A stretch of DNA of 64,000 nt from an uncultured Planctomycetaceae bacterium (GCA_963785305.1 CAWAUV010000007.1:32001-96000); one strand, 5' to 3'. Shown: positions 42,563 to 57,309, counted from the first letter of the stretch. Notes: generated from the sequence alone by a model not told the origin. Numbers and translations: made by a program.

Positions 42563-44968
42563 ATGGGACTTGCTTCCGCGCTCAGCACCGCGCTGACCGG
42601 GCTCGACGCCGCGCAAAGCACGATCGGCGTCTCCGGCAACAATATCTCGAACGCCAACACGATCGGGTTCAAGCAGTCGAGCGTGTCGTTCGCGAATCAG
42701 TTTTTGCAAACACAGTCGCTCGGCTCCTCGCCGTCGGCCAGCAATGGCGGCACCGATCCCTCGCAAACCGGCTTGGGTGTCGAGGTGCAGGCGACGACGC
42801 TCGATTTTTCCGCGGGCACGATCGAGAACACCTCGAATCCCAACGACCTGGCGATTCAGGGCGATGGTTTTTTTATCGTGCAAGGTGGCGATGGCCAGCA
42901 GTTTTATACCCGTGATGGCGAGTTCAAAACCAATTCCCAGAGCCAGCTTGTCGACGCCAGCGGAAATCTGGTGTTGGGGCAGGCAGTCAACAGCAGCTTC
43001 CAGATTCAGAGCTCGCAACTCTCGCCGATCACGTTGCCCTTGGGCTCCGCGGCCACGGCCCAGGCCACGACCGACGCCACGCTCGAAGGCTCGTTGCCGC
43101 CGGCCACGAGCACGACCGCCACGGCCGCCGGCTCGGTGATTGCCTCGCAGTCGCTCACCGATGGTTCGATCGCCGCGCCGACGGATATGAATTCCGGCGA
43201 TTTGACCGCGCTCTCGGCGCCCAACGTGAGCGGCGTGGGCGCCTCGCTGGGCACTTCCGGCAATCTCACCAACGGCGGCACGTATCAGTACGAGATCACC
43301 TATTCCTATACCGATTCCGAGGGCAATGTCGAGGAAACCCAGCCCTCGGCGCCGGTCAGCATCACCACCACCGGCGCCAATCAGTCGGTGAATCTCACGA
43401 ATCTGCCGCCGCCGCCCAATTCGAGCTTCACCACGATCAATGTCTATCGCACCGATGGCTCGGGCAGCGGGAATTTTTATCAGGTCGGCTCGGTCCCCAG
43501 CACTTCGACCAGCTTCAATGACACGATGAGCGACGCGACGCTCACGTCCCAGCCGCAGCTCAATTCGGATTCGCTCGCGGCCGGCAACTACAGTTACTAT
43601 GTGACCTACTACAACTCGGCGAGCGGAGTCGAAAGCCGGCCGAATTCATTGATCGGCCCGGTGACGGTTTCCGCCGCTGGCTCGGTCGACATCAGCAACA
43701 TTCCCGCGCCGCCGACCAGCTCGGGCTTCAACGAAGTGCGCATCTATCGCAACACCTCGACGAACGCCTCGACCTACTATCAGTTGGCGACCCTGCCGGC
43801 CGGCACATCGAGCTACGTCGACACCACGCCCGACGCCTCGATAACCGGCAACCCGACCATCAATCTCAATGGCCCGGCGGTCAACTCGGCCACGAAACTC
43901 GTGAATGTGCTTGAGTACGCGAACGACACCTATTCGAATCCGTTCGCGGTCGGCACGCTTTCGTTCACCGGCTCGGTGGGGACCAACACGCTTAGCTCGA
44001 AGAGTCTCGATATTACCGCCAACACCACGGTGGGCGATCTTTCGCAGTTCCTCTCCCAAGCCTTCGGCATTCAGTCCGATCCCTCGGATCCGACCGCCGG
44101 CTTCTCGATCACTTCGAGCGGTCAAATTCAACTCACCGGCAATGGCGGCACGGCCAACGCCCTGAATATCACCACCAGCAGCATGTCGGAAACCCTGACC
44201 AACGGCACGACCCAGGCCGTGAATCTGAATTTCAACACCACCCAGCAAGCGGCGGGGGAAAGCGTCTCGACCAACTTCGTGGCCTACGATTCGCTCGGAA
44301 CGGCCGTGAATGTCACCGTGACCGCCGTGCTCCAAAGCACGAGCGCCAGCGGAACCACCTATCGCTGGTATGCCACCTCGGGCGCCAATCAGCCGACCTC
44401 GGGCGTCGACACCGCCGTGGGCACCGGCACGATCACTTTCGACGGCTCCGGAAATCTGGTGGGTTCGTCGAACACCACCGTGGCGATCGATCGCGACAAC
44501 GGCGCCACCTCGCCCATGCAGTTCAATCTCGATTTCAGCCAAGTCTCCGGTTTGGCCAATTCCTCGCCCTCGCTGAATGTGTCGACTCAGAACGGCTCGG
44601 CCCCCGGTACTTTGTCGAGCTATTCGATCGGCTCCAACGGCCTGATCACGGGCACATTCTCCAACGGCGTCACCCAAACCCTGGGACAAATTCAACTTGC
44701 CAAGTTCGCCAACGACGAAGGCTTGGTCCAGGCCGGAGGCAATCTCTATTCGGCGGGCGTGAACTCGGGTTTGCCCATCGTCGGAAACCCCGGCACGCAA
44801 GGCATCGGCACGGTCACCTCGGGCGCCCTCGAAGAGTCGAACACCGATGTCGGCGCCAACCTGATCGACCTAATCACGGCGGCGACAACGTACCAAGGTG
44901 GCGCCCAAGTGATCTCGACCGTCCAAACACTTTATTCCGTGTTGATGAATCTCCGCGCCGGCACGTGA
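42563..44968 (+). CDS. flgE: Flagellar hook protein FlgE, about 800 aa with large internal insertion
   Basis: GNNISNANTIGFK, DLAIQGDGFF, YTRDGEF, FANDEGL..GGNLY, GALEESNTD. Confidence 0.92.
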   Translation: MGLASALSTALTGLDAAQSTIGVSGNNISNANTIGFKQSSVSFANQFLQTQSLGSSPSASNGGTDPSQTGLGVEVQATTLDFSAGTIENTSNPNDLAIQGDGFFIVQGGDGQQFYTRDGEFKTNSQSQLVDASGNLVLGQAVNSSFQIQSSQLSPITLPLGSAATAQATTDATLEGSLPPATSTTATAAGSVIASQSLTDGSIAAPTDMNSGDLTALSAPNVSGVGASLGTSGNLTNGGTYQYEITYSYTDSEGNVEETQPSAPVSITTTGANQSVNLTNLPPPPNSSFTTINVYRTDGSGSGNFYQVGSVPSTSTSFNDTMSDATLTSQPQLNSDSLAAGNYSYYVTYYNSASGVESRPNSLIGPVTVSAAGSVDISNIPAPPTSSGFNEVRIYRNTSTNASTYYQLATLPAGTSSYVDTTPDASITGNPTINLNGPAVNSATKLVNVLEYANDTYSNPFAVGTLSFTGSVGTNTLSSKSLDITANTTVGDLSQFLSQAFGIQSDPSDPTAGFSITSSGQIQLTGNGGTANALNITTSSMSETLTNGTTQAVNLNFNTTQQAAGESVSTNFVAYDSLGTAVNVTVTAVLQSTSASGTTYRWYATSGANQPTSGVDTAVGTGTITFDGSGNLVGSSNTTVAIDRDNGATSPMQFNLDFSQVSGLANSSPSLNVSTQNGSAPGTLSSYSIGSNGLITGTFSNGVTQTLGQIQLAKFANDEGLVQAGGNLYSAGVNSGLPIVGNPGTQGIGTVTSGALEESNTDVGANLIDLITAATTYQGGAQVISTVQTLYSVLMNLRAGT

Positions 44969-45141
44969 TAGCCGCCCGAGAGATTCATCGGCCATCAGTT
45001 GTCGGTTTCTAGCCGAGGCGCCGGCAGATCGCTATAAGGCGCGCGAATTCCCGCTTGGAATGATCACGCGGTTCGTTATCATCAACTGCCGATTCTGGTG
45101 TCGCAATGGGCGACCCGATCGCGCATGTTGGGAAGCGACCG

Positions 45142-46555
45142 ATGGGACGCGATTCTTTTCCAGCCCAGGCGTCTTTGCCGCCGCGATCGCTGCCGCTAGC
45201 CGGCCGCCGAGCGACCGTGATGGGCCTCGGGCATCATGGCGGCGGTGTCGGCGCGGCGGCTTGGTTGGCCGCCGAGGGCGCGTTCGTGACCGTGACCGAC
45301 CTCGCGCCGGCCGCGGAGCTCGCCCCGGCGCTTGCGCGGCTCGAGTCGGCGAACATCGCGCGGCTATCGCCTCGGCGAACATCGCGCCGAGGATTTCGAA
45401 ACCGCCGAGTTGATCGTGGTCAACCCGGCCGTGCGCCCGGGAAATCCCTTGCTCGCGCTCGCGGCTCGCGGCGGAGCGATCATCAGCACCGAGATCGAGT
45501 TGTTGCTCGACCGCTGCCCGGCCCCGGTGGTCGGCATTACCGGATCGACCGGAAAATCGACCACTGCCACATTGCTGGCCGCCATGCTTCGCGCCGATGG
45601 GCAACGCGCGTGGCTGGGGGGAAATATCGGTGGCAGTTTGCTCGATAGCCTGCCCCGGTCCGCGGGCGACCAAGCCGCCGACTCGAGGCGTGATACGATC
45701 GCGGACGACGAGATCGTGGTTCTTGAGCTCAGCAGTTTCCAATTATCGCGCTTGGCCGATGATGCGCGCTGGCCGCGCTGGGCGATCGTGACCAACTGCG
45801 GCCCGAACCATCTGGATTGGCACGGCGATTTCGCAAGCTATGCCGCCGCCAAGCGGCGGCTCGTCGGCGGGGCGAGCGAGGCCGTGTTACTCGGCGACGA
45901 CTTGGCCGCCGTGCCCGAATGGACATCGCTCATTAATACCAAGCGTCTGATCGCCGACGCATCGCTTTTGAGCGGCGCGCGGCTGTCGCTCATGGGCGAG
46001 CACAATCGCGCCAATGCCATTGCGGCGGCGACAATGGCCCAAACACTGGGCGTTGCTCCGGAGAATATCCGGCGCACGGCCCGTGAGTTCGAAGGACTGG
46101 AGCATCGATTGCGAAGAATCGCAACTGTCGATGACCGCGAGTTTTACGACGATTCAAAGGCGACTTCGCCCGCGGCGGCGATCGCCGCGCTCGCGGCCAT
46201 CGAGCGGCCGCGGTGGTGGCTCGCCGGTGGTGATGTCAAAGGCGCCCCGCTCGACGCGCTCGCCGCGATCGCGGTGCGCGGTGCGCGCGGCGCGGCGGTG
46301 TTTGGACGCGACCGAGCGAAGTTCGCAGACGCGCTCCGCGAAGCCGACGCCGCCTTTCCGCTCCATGTGTGCGAGCAACTCGCCGAAGCGCTCGAGTGGT
46401 GTTGGCAAGCTTCATCGGCGGGCGATGCCATTGTGTTGTCGCCGGCGGCGGCGAGCCTCGATCAGTTCGCCGACTTCGCCGATCGTGGTCGGTGCTTTGC
46501 TCGGCTCGTCGCGGCGATTGGCTCGCGCCACGCGCAGCGCGATCACGCGACGTAA
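45142..46555 (+). CDS. murD: UDP-N-acetylmuramoyl-L-alanine--D-glutamate ligase (frameshift near 45365)
   Basis: [62 protein letters not shown]. Confidence 0.9.
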
Positions 46556-46818
46556 GCCGCTGCTAGTCGCCGCGCGCGACGCCGCGCGGGAACAGGGCCC
46601 GCATTGCCGCGCGGCTTGGAGTCGGAAGCAATCCATCGTGGCGGGCGCACGGCAAAGCGCGATGCCGAAACAATCGCCAAGCGCCGCGACGCAATTCCTC
46701 GCGCGAAGTGATTGAAACATCTTGCAGCTTTCCGCGCGCTGAGCTAGATTAAGAAGCGTTGCTTGTGGATCGTCATGATCCGCGAGCAGCATGACCTCGA
46801 GGCCGACGGCTGCGATGA

Positions 46819-49039
<2,221 letters not shown>

Positions 49040-49231
49040 GAGCGGTCATCGCGCACCGCGGCCAGTGCCTCTAAACCGAAGGGACCGCCGCCGCGTGGCA
49101 CATGCCCAGGGCTGCTTGACTCGCGGGCGTTGGCGCCCACAATGACTCTAGTGGGACGTGATCGTGGTGGGGTGTTTCGTCCGCCCCGCGCGTGCCAAGC
49201 CGCCATTTTTCGCCAAGGAACAGGCCGCCCC

Positions 49232-49972
49232 ATGGGCACATTTGCCGTGATTATGCCGGCGGCCGGCAAGAGCAGCCGGTTCGCCGATCAGAATTATAAA
49301 AAAGTGTTCGCGCCGCTCGCCGGGCGCCCGGTGTGGCTGCATGCCGTCGAGCGATTCACGAGCCGCGATGATGTGAAGCAACTCATCGTGGTGATCTCGC
49401 CCGAGGATCGCGAGGACTTCAATTCCAAATTCGGCGCCAATGTCGCCATTTTGGGCATTGATGTGGTCGAGGGTGGCGAGGAGCGGTTCGACTCCGTGGC
49501 GAAGGCGCTCGCGCGGGTGAAGCCGAACATCGAATTCGTGGCCGTGCATGACTCCGCGCGGCCGTGCATCGCGGACCAATGGATCACCAGCGTCTTTTCC
49601 GCCGCCCAGCGCACCGGCGCCGCCATGCTCGCGATTCCGGTCGCCGGCACCCTCAAACGCGTGGGCCCGAACAACGCGATCACCGAGACCGTCTCGCGCG
49701 AGGGGCTCTGGGAGGCGCAAACTCCGCAGGTGTTTCGCCGCCAATTGCTGCTCGACGCGTACGCCAACCGCGATGGCTTCCACGCCACCGACGACGCCCA
49801 ACTGGTCGAGCGCCTGGGCCATCCGGTGACCGTGGTGCCCGGCTCGCCGATCAATCTGAAGATCGCCACGCGCGAGGACCTACGGCTGGCCGAATACGCG
49901 ATCAAGGCGCTGCCCCGGCCGAAGCTGATCGGTCCCGCGCATCCGTTCGCCGACGATGATCGCTGGCGATAG
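49232..49972 (+). CDS. ispD: 2-C-methyl-D-erythritol 4-phosphate cytidylyltransferase
   Basis: PAAGKSSRF, GGEERFDSV, VHDSARP, AQTPQVF, TDDAQLVE, NLKI. Confidence 0.93.
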   Translation: MGTFAVIMPAAGKSSRFADQNYKKVFAPLAGRPVWLHAVERFTSRDDVKQLIVVISPEDREDFNSKFGANVAILGIDVVEGGEERFDSVAKALARVKPNIEFVAVHDSARPCIADQWITSVFSAAQRTGAAMLAIPVAGTLKRVGPNNAITETVSREGLWEAQTPQVFRRQLLLDAYANRDGFHATDDAQLVERLGHPVTVVPGSPINLKIATREDLRLAEYAIKALPRPKLIGPAHPFADDDRWR

Positions 49973-50049
49973 TTTCGCGCACCGCCGCCGCAACGCGTCG
50001 CTTCTTTCGCTTTCTCTTCCGCTTCTTTCCGCGACGGAACTGCCCCGAC

Positions 50050-51352
<1,303 letters not shown>

Positions 51353-51384
51353 CACGCCGCGTGTTCCAACAGCAAGGAGGCGCC

Positions 51385-52489
51385 ATGATTGTCGGAGTTC
51401 CCAAGGAGATCAAACGGGATGAATACCGCGTGGCGATGCTGCCCGTGGGTGTCGAGGAGTTGACGCGCCGGGCATCGGGCGCTGGTCGAGGAAAACGCTG
51501 GGCTCGGCTCGGGCATCACCGACGAAGCCTATCAGCGCGCCGGCGCCGAGCTCGTGTCTTCGGCCCAGGAGCTATTTGCCCGGAGCGACATGATCGTCAA
51601 GGTCAAGGAGCCGCTTCCGGCCGAGTGGCCCATGATGCGACCCGGCCAGATCATGTTTACCTATTTCCATTTCGCCGCCGATGAAACATTGACCAAGGCG
51701 GTGCTCGACTCCGGCGCCACCGCGATCGCCTACGAAACCCTGGCCGACGACCAGGGCCGCCTGCCGCTGCTCACGCCCATGAGCGAAGTCGCCGGGCGCA
51801 TGAGCGTGCAAGAAGGCGCCAAATATCTCGAACGCCCGCAGCAGGGACGCGGAATTTTGCTCGGTGGCGTGCCAGGGGTGGCGCCGGCGCATATCACGGT
51901 GCTGGGCGGTGGCATCGTGGGCGCCAATGCCGCGAAGGTCGCCGCCGGTTTCGGCGCCAATATTGCCTTGCTCGATATCAACATGGACCGGCTCCGCTAT
52001 CTCGACGACATCATGCCGGCCAATGTCAATGTGCTCTTCAGCGATCGCCACACGATTCGCGAGCAACTGGCACATACCGATCTCGTGATCGGCGCGGTGC
52101 TGATTCCCGGGGCCAAGGCGCCGCGATTGCTCGAGCGCGAGGATTTGCGGCTCATGAAGCCGGGCAGCGTGATCATCGACGTGGCGATCGATCAGGGCGG
52201 GTGCGTGGCCACCAGCAAGCCGACAACCCACGGCGAGCCGACCTACATCGTCGACGAAGTGCTGCACTACTGCGTGACCAACATGCCCGGCGCCGTGGGC
52301 CGAACCAGTACCTACGCGCTCTGCAATGTAACCCTGCCCTGGGCGCTGGCGATCGCCGGGCGCGGCGTCGAACGGGCAGCGCACGAAATGCGGCCAGTGG
52401 CTCGGGCGATCAACATCATGGCGGGAGAGGTGACCAACGCCGCCGTGGCCGGAGCGTTTGGCATGCCGTTTGTCTCGCGATTCGCTTGA
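51385..52489 (+). CDS. ald: Alanine dehydrogenase (frameshift near 51470)
   Basis: MIVGVPKEIK..EYRVA, KVKEP, LPLLTPMSEVAGR, DVAIDQGG, VTNMPGAV. Confidence 0.93.
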
Positions 52490-52502
52490 GGGACTATTTC
52501 AA

Positions 52503-53603
52503 ATGGATGGAAATACTCGGGAAACGCCCGAGACGCGGTCATTGACCACGCTCGACTGGATCGGCGACGCCGATGGGTATCTGGAGCTCATCGATCAAAC
52601 TCTATTGCCTGGCGAACTGAAGCAGATCGCTTGCCGGAGCGTCGAGAGCGTGTGGGAAGCCATCAAATCGCTCAGGGTGCGGGGAGCGCCGGCGATCGGC
52701 GTGGCGGCGGCCTATGGAGTGTGCGTCGGCGCGCCATCGGCGAACAATAATAATGTCGTGGACGATGCCCAGGCGGTTCGGCAGCGAGCCCATGCGGCGG
52801 CCAAGCGTCTTGCCACGAGCCGGCCCACGGCGGTGAATCTCTTTTGGGCGCTCGATCGCATGGAGCGCGCGCTCGACGCCCAGCCGGCCAGCGCCACGGG
52901 CGCGGAGCTACTCGCCGCGCTCTTGGCCGAGGCCCGCGCGATCCACGCGGAAGATCGCCGCATCTGCCGCGAGCTGGGCCGCTGGGGAATGACGTTGTTT
53001 CACGACGGCGCGGGCGTGCTCACCCACTGCAATGCCGGCGGCCTCGCCACTTCGGACTATGGCTGCGGCCTCGCGCCGGTGTTCGCCGCTCACGAAGCCG
53101 GCAAGCGGCTCAGCGTGTACGTCGACGAGACCCGCCCGCTCTTGCAAGGCGCCCGACTCACGGCCTGGGAGCTGATGCAGCGCGGCATCGAGGCGACGCT
53201 GATTTGCGACTCGATGGCGGCCCAAGTGATGCGCGAAGGTCGCGTCGACATCGTGATCACCGGGGCCGACCGGATTGCCGCCAATGGCGACTCGGCCAAC
53301 AAGATCGGCACCTATGGCCTGGCGCTGCTCGCGGCGGCCCACGATATTCCTTTCTATATTGCCGCGCCGAGCAGCACCTTCGATCTTGCGCTCCCCGGAG
53401 GCGAGGGAATTCCAATCGAGCAGCGAGCTTCGGAAGAAATCACCGAAGGCTTCGGCCGGAGGACGGCGCCCGTGGGAGTGAAGGTTTACAATCCGGCGTT
53501 CGACGTGACGCCGGCCCGGCTCATTCGGGGAATTATTTGCGAACGGGGGATCATTTCACCAGTCACGCGAGAATTGATTGCTCGCTGTCTGGACAATCAC
53601 TAG
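52503..53603 (+). CDS. mtnA: S-methyl-5-thioribose-1-phosphate isomerase
   Basis: IDQTLLP, VRGAPAIG, RPTAVNL, LTHCNAGGLAT, ETRPLLQGARLT, NKIGTY, NPAFDVTP. Confidence 0.93.
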   Translation: MDGNTRETPETRSLTTLDWIGDADGYLELIDQTLLPGELKQIACRSVESVWEAIKSLRVRGAPAIGVAAAYGVCVGAPSANNNNVVDDAQAVRQRAHAAAKRLATSRPTAVNLFWALDRMERALDAQPASATGAELLAALLAEARAIHAEDRRICRELGRWGMTLFHDGAGVLTHCNAGGLATSDYGCGLAPVFAAHEAGKRLSVYVDETRPLLQGARLTAWELMQRGIEATLICDSMAAQVMREGRVDIVITGADRIAANGDSANKIGTYGLALLAAAHDIPFYIAAPSSTFDLALPGGEGIPIEQRASEEITEGFGRRTAPVGVKVYNPAFDVTPARLIRGIICERGIISPVTRELIARCLDNH

Positions 53604-53610
53604 GCGAGGA

Positions 53611-53827
53611 AAGAGGGCTCACGCGGACTACGCGGTGGCAGCGCGAGGTGTGAAGGAAGAGGGCTCACGCGGAGACGCGGAGGCGCGGAGAAGAAGGGGA
53701 ATGGGGGATTGGGGGCTGGGGGAGACGAAAAGGCGATGGCTCGCCCGGGGGCCGGGCACTCCGCGAGGGCGCTCTTCCCGCGCCGCGCGTTTCCCAACTT
53801 CCCTTCTTCTCCGCGCCTCCGCGTGAG
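53611..53827. repeat. REP/MITE-like element: 17-bp direct repeat plus perfect 24-bp inverted repeat
   Basis: aagagggctcacgcgga at 53611 and 53657; ACGCGGAGGCGCGGAGAAGAAGGG (53675-53698) inverted at 53801-53824. Confidence 0.8.
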
Positions 53828-53997
53828 AATTCCTAGAAAGAACATCCCCTCGCCGGGCCCCCGCGAAAACTTTGATTTCCCGGCCTAATAAAATTCCTTC
53901 TCGATCGTTGTTCTTTGTGAGAGGCGTCGGCGCCGGGCAGACTTTCACTTCCGCTGCCCGGCCGATCGCCGGATGCGTTCGTTTCTGGCGGGCGAGC

Positions 53998-54521
53998 ATG
54001 CACGACAACGAAGCGGACAATCGCCGCTGGCTCTCCGAGGTCGTCGACGAATTCGAGGGCCCGCTCGTTCGCTACGCGCATCGGTTTACCGCCGATCTGG
54101 AATTGCGCGCGACGCGGCGCAAGACACGTTTCTGCGGCTTTGCCGCGAGGGGCGCGCGGCGGCCGATGGCCATTTGGCGGCGTGGTTGTTCACGGTGTGC
54201 CGGCATCGCGCCTTGGATATTCGCAAAAAGGAGATTCGCATGAGCCCGATCACTCCCGAGCAAGTCGCTTCGCGCACGAGCCGCGAGCCGGCCGAGGGCG
54301 CGGCGCTGGAAGCGGCGGACACGGCGGCCCAGCTCTCGCGCCTAATCACGGCGCTTCCGGCCAATCAGCAAGAAGTGCTGCGGCTCAAATTTCAAGAGAG
54401 CCTCGGTTATCGTGACATCGCCACGATCACGGGCCTGTCGGTGACGAATGTCGGTTATCTGTTGCACACGGCGCTCAAGACCGTGCGGCAGCGCATGGCC
54501 GAACAGGGAGAATCCGACTGA
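53998..54521 (+). CDS. ECF-type RNA polymerase sigma factor (frameshift near 54105)
   Basis: LVRYAHRF..ARDAAQDTFLRL..AWLFTVCRHRALD; region 4 LPANQQEVLRLKF..LGYRDIATITG. Confidence 0.88.
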
Positions 54522-54636
54522 GGGTCGTCGCATGGCTCCGCGCGCCGCGGAGCTTTCTCGCTCGTGCCTTAAAAGCCAATTCAAATCTTTAATCGCGGCG
54601 TTCCCACGCAAGGGACGCGGCGGGAGGTTTTCGACG

Positions 54637-57309
54637 ATGAGCTTCGATCCCCAAGATCCGAAATGGACCGCGTATGTCGTGGGCGAACTGGACGCCGCCG
54701 AGCGATCCGCGTTCGAACATGAAATGCAAGGCTCGCCCGACGCCGAGCGTTGGGTGGCGGAACTTCGCGCGGCGGCCGAGCGACTCGAGCGCGAGCTACG
54801 CGCCGAGCCCTCGCCAGGCCTTTCGATCGAGCAGCGCGCGGCGCTGCTGGCGAATTCGCCCGCTGTCACATCGCGGGTCGGTGATAGTCCTCTCGATGGC
54901 GATCACGGGACGGATCTCGGTTGGACGGGTCGCCGCTGGATGGGGCGCCGCTGGACGGGGCGCCGTTTGACGGCCATCGCGGCGATCGCGGCGATCGCGG
55001 CGACGTTGTTGCTCGCCGCGGGGCTCTATTTGCCAGCCCTTCAAAGCGCCAAGGAACATGGCCACCGCATCGCGCAAGCGGACTCCAAGCCCGGCGCCGG
55101 GCCGAGACGAGCGGTGGATAAACTCGAGCAACGAGGTCGAGCGGCTGGGAACCTTGAAGCCGTTGGGGCGGCCGACGCCCCGATGGAACGCTCCGAACTA
55201 CGCGCGGAAACAATGAGCGCTTCGCCAACCGCCGCGGTTCCGGAAATCGAACAACAGGACGAAGCAAAGGCCGAGAGCAATGTGCGCCTGCATTTTTCGC
55301 CCGAGAAAGCCAAGAAAGACGCCGCGGGATCGGGCGGGCATTCCGTGGATGGCATGGAAGAATTGTCCGCGCAAACAAGTCCAAAAGAGTCCGATGTAGC
55401 TCTTGATGGCGCCCCGTCGCGGTTGCCGGCCCCCGAAACCTTCTATGGGCGACCAGCGAATCTGGATAGCGTGAACGACGAGCCGTTCGTCGAAGCCGCC
55501 GCCGGCGCCGCGAGCGTGCCGCGCCCGTTGCATCAGGCGCAGGGGATCGCGGCCGGCAAGCAATCGCATCCCGCGCCCGCCGCTCCCGGCGCCATGATGG
55601 CGCCAAATGGCGACGACGCTTCGAATCTTCAGACCACGCACAGCCCGGCTTCGCCGACCGACCGTTTTGCTTTCGCGCCCTCGTCGCGGGCTCGGAACCT
55701 GGAAAACGCCGCCGCGAGCAAAGCGCCCTTCGGCGCAGTCGGGGGATCGGGTCAAGGGCTCGGCCTCTCCGGAGCCAATGCCGATGCCGGCCAAATGACG
55801 ACTCGCAATCACCCCGCTCCCGAGCAGCCCAATACCGAAGCCTACGATCCAATCACGGACAACGCCTTCCTCCCCGTGGCCCAACAGCCGCTTTCGACCT
55901 TTTCGGTCGATGTCGACACGGCGTCGTACTCGATCGTGCGCCGCTTCCTGTTGCAAGACCATCAATTGCCGCCCCGCTCAGCGGTGCGAATCGAGGAGTT
56001 GCTCAACTATTTCCCCTATCACTACGCTCCTCCCACGGACAATGTCCCCTTCGCCGTGCATGCCGAGGTCTCGGCCTGCCCCTGGAATAGCGCGCATCGC
56101 CTGCTGCGAGTCGGTCTCAAGGGGCGCGAGATCGCGGCCGACAAGCGGCCGACCAGCAATCTCGTGTTCTTGCTTGATGTGTCCGGCTCGATGGATGATT
56201 ATCGCAAGCTGCCCCTCGTGAAAGAGTCGCTGCGAATGTTGGTGCGGCAACTCGGCGAAAACGACCGCGTGGCGATCGTGGTCTATGCCGGCAGCTCGGG
56301 CCTTGTGCTTCCCAGCACTACCGGCGATCAGAAAGCCAAGATTCTCGCCGCGCTCGATCAGCTCCATGCCGGCGGCTCGACCAACGGCGGCGAAGGCATT
56401 CAACTGGCTTACGATATCGCCTCCGGGGCCTTCATCAAAGGCGGCGTCAATCGCGTGATTCTCGCCACCGATGGCGATTTCAATGTCGGCGTCACGAATC
56501 ACGACGACCTCATTCGCCTCATCCAGGAAAAAGCCAAGAGCGGCGTGTTCCTCACCACGCTCGGCTTCGGCATGGGCAACCTCAAGGACAACACGCTCGA
56601 ACAACTGGCCGACAAAGGCAACGGCGCTTACGCCTATATCGACAACCTGCGCGAGGCTCGCAAGGTGTTCGTCGAGCAAGCCTCCGGCACGCTCGTCACG
56701 ATCGCCAAGGATGTGAAACTCCAGCTGGAATTCAACCCGGGCCAGGTGGCCGAATATCGCCTGATCGGCTATGAAAACCGCGCCCTCAAGAAAGAGGATT
56801 TCAACAACGACAAGGTCGACGCCGGCGATATCGGCGCGGGCCACACCGTGACGGCGCTCTATGAGCTCGTGCCCGCCAAGCACGCCGCGGCGGCCGAGAC
56901 CGAATCGCGCGAAGCGCCGCCCGCGGAAACCTTGCCGACGAACACTCCGAATGTCGATCCGCTCAAGTATTCGCGGCCAGCCGCGCTTGTGCCCGCCCCG
57001 GCGGCGGCGAGCGACGACCTGCTCACGCTCAAGCTCCGCTACAAGCAGCCGCAAGATAGCGAAAGCCGGCTTATCGAGCAGGTGATCAAAGACCCGGGCC
57101 AAGGCCAAGCGGCGGCGAGCGAGGATTTCAAATTCGCTTCGTCGGTGGCGCTCTTCGGCATGTTGCTTCGAGAATCGCCGTATCGCGGCCAAGGCACATG
57201 GAGCCAAACGCTCGAACTGGCCCAAGACAGCCAGGGCGCCGACGAAGGCGGCTACCGGAGCGAGTTTCTCGACATGATCCGCGCGGCCACGCAGCTCAAG
57301 GGCCAGTGA
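54637..57309 (+). CDS. Anti-sigma-like N-terminus + TM + von Willebrand A domain protein (YfbK/DUF3520 type)
   Basis: TAYVVGELDAAERSAFE; TM; PLSTFSVDVDTASY, VRIEELLNYF, MIDAS DVSGSM, LATDGDFNVG, YRLIGYENR, LKLRYKQP. Confidence 0.88.
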   Translation: MSFDPQDPKWTAYVVGELDAAERSAFEHEMQGSPDAERWVAELRAAAERLERELRAEPSPGLSIEQRAALLANSPAVTSRVGDSPLDGDHGTDLGWTGRRWMGRRWTGRRLTAIAAIAAIAATLLLAAGLYLPALQSAKEHGHRIAQADSKPGAGPRRAVDKLEQRGRAAGNLEAVGAADAPMERSELRAETMSASPTAAVPEIEQQDEAKAESNVRLHFSPEKAKKDAAGSGGHSVDGMEELSAQTSPKESDVALDGAPSRLPAPETFYGRPANLDSVNDEPFVEAAAGAASVPRPLHQAQGIAAGKQSHPAPAAPGAMMAPNGDDASNLQTTHSPASPTDRFAFAPSSRARNLENAAASKAPFGAVGGSGQGLGLSGANADAGQMTTRNHPAPEQPNTEAYDPITDNAFLPVAQQPLSTFSVDVDTASYSIVRRFLLQDHQLPPRSAVRIEELLNYFPYHYAPPTDNVPFAVHAEVSACPWNSAHRLLRVGLKGREIAADKRPTSNLVFLLDVSGSMDDYRKLPLVKESLRMLVRQLGENDRVAIVVYAGSSGLVLPSTTGDQKAKILAALDQLHAGGSTNGGEGIQLAYDIASGAFIKGGVNRVILATDGDFNVGVTNHDDLIRLIQEKAKSGVFLTTLGFGMGNLKDNTLEQLADKGNGAYAYIDNLREARKVFVEQASGTLVTIAKDVKLQLEFNPGQVAEYRLIGYENRALKKEDFNNDKVDAGDIGAGHTVTALYELVPAKHAAAAETESREAPPAETLPTNTPNVDPLKYSRPAALVPAPAAASDDLLTLKLRYKQPQDSESRLIEQVIKDPGQGQAAASEDFKFASSVALFGMLLRESPYRGQGTWSQTLELAQDSQGADEGGYRSEFLDMIRAATQLKGQ

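Noticed and set aside
45142..46555. murD in a planctomycete-like genome as a novelty
   Set aside because: Peptidoglycan and mur genes are already established in Planctomycetes
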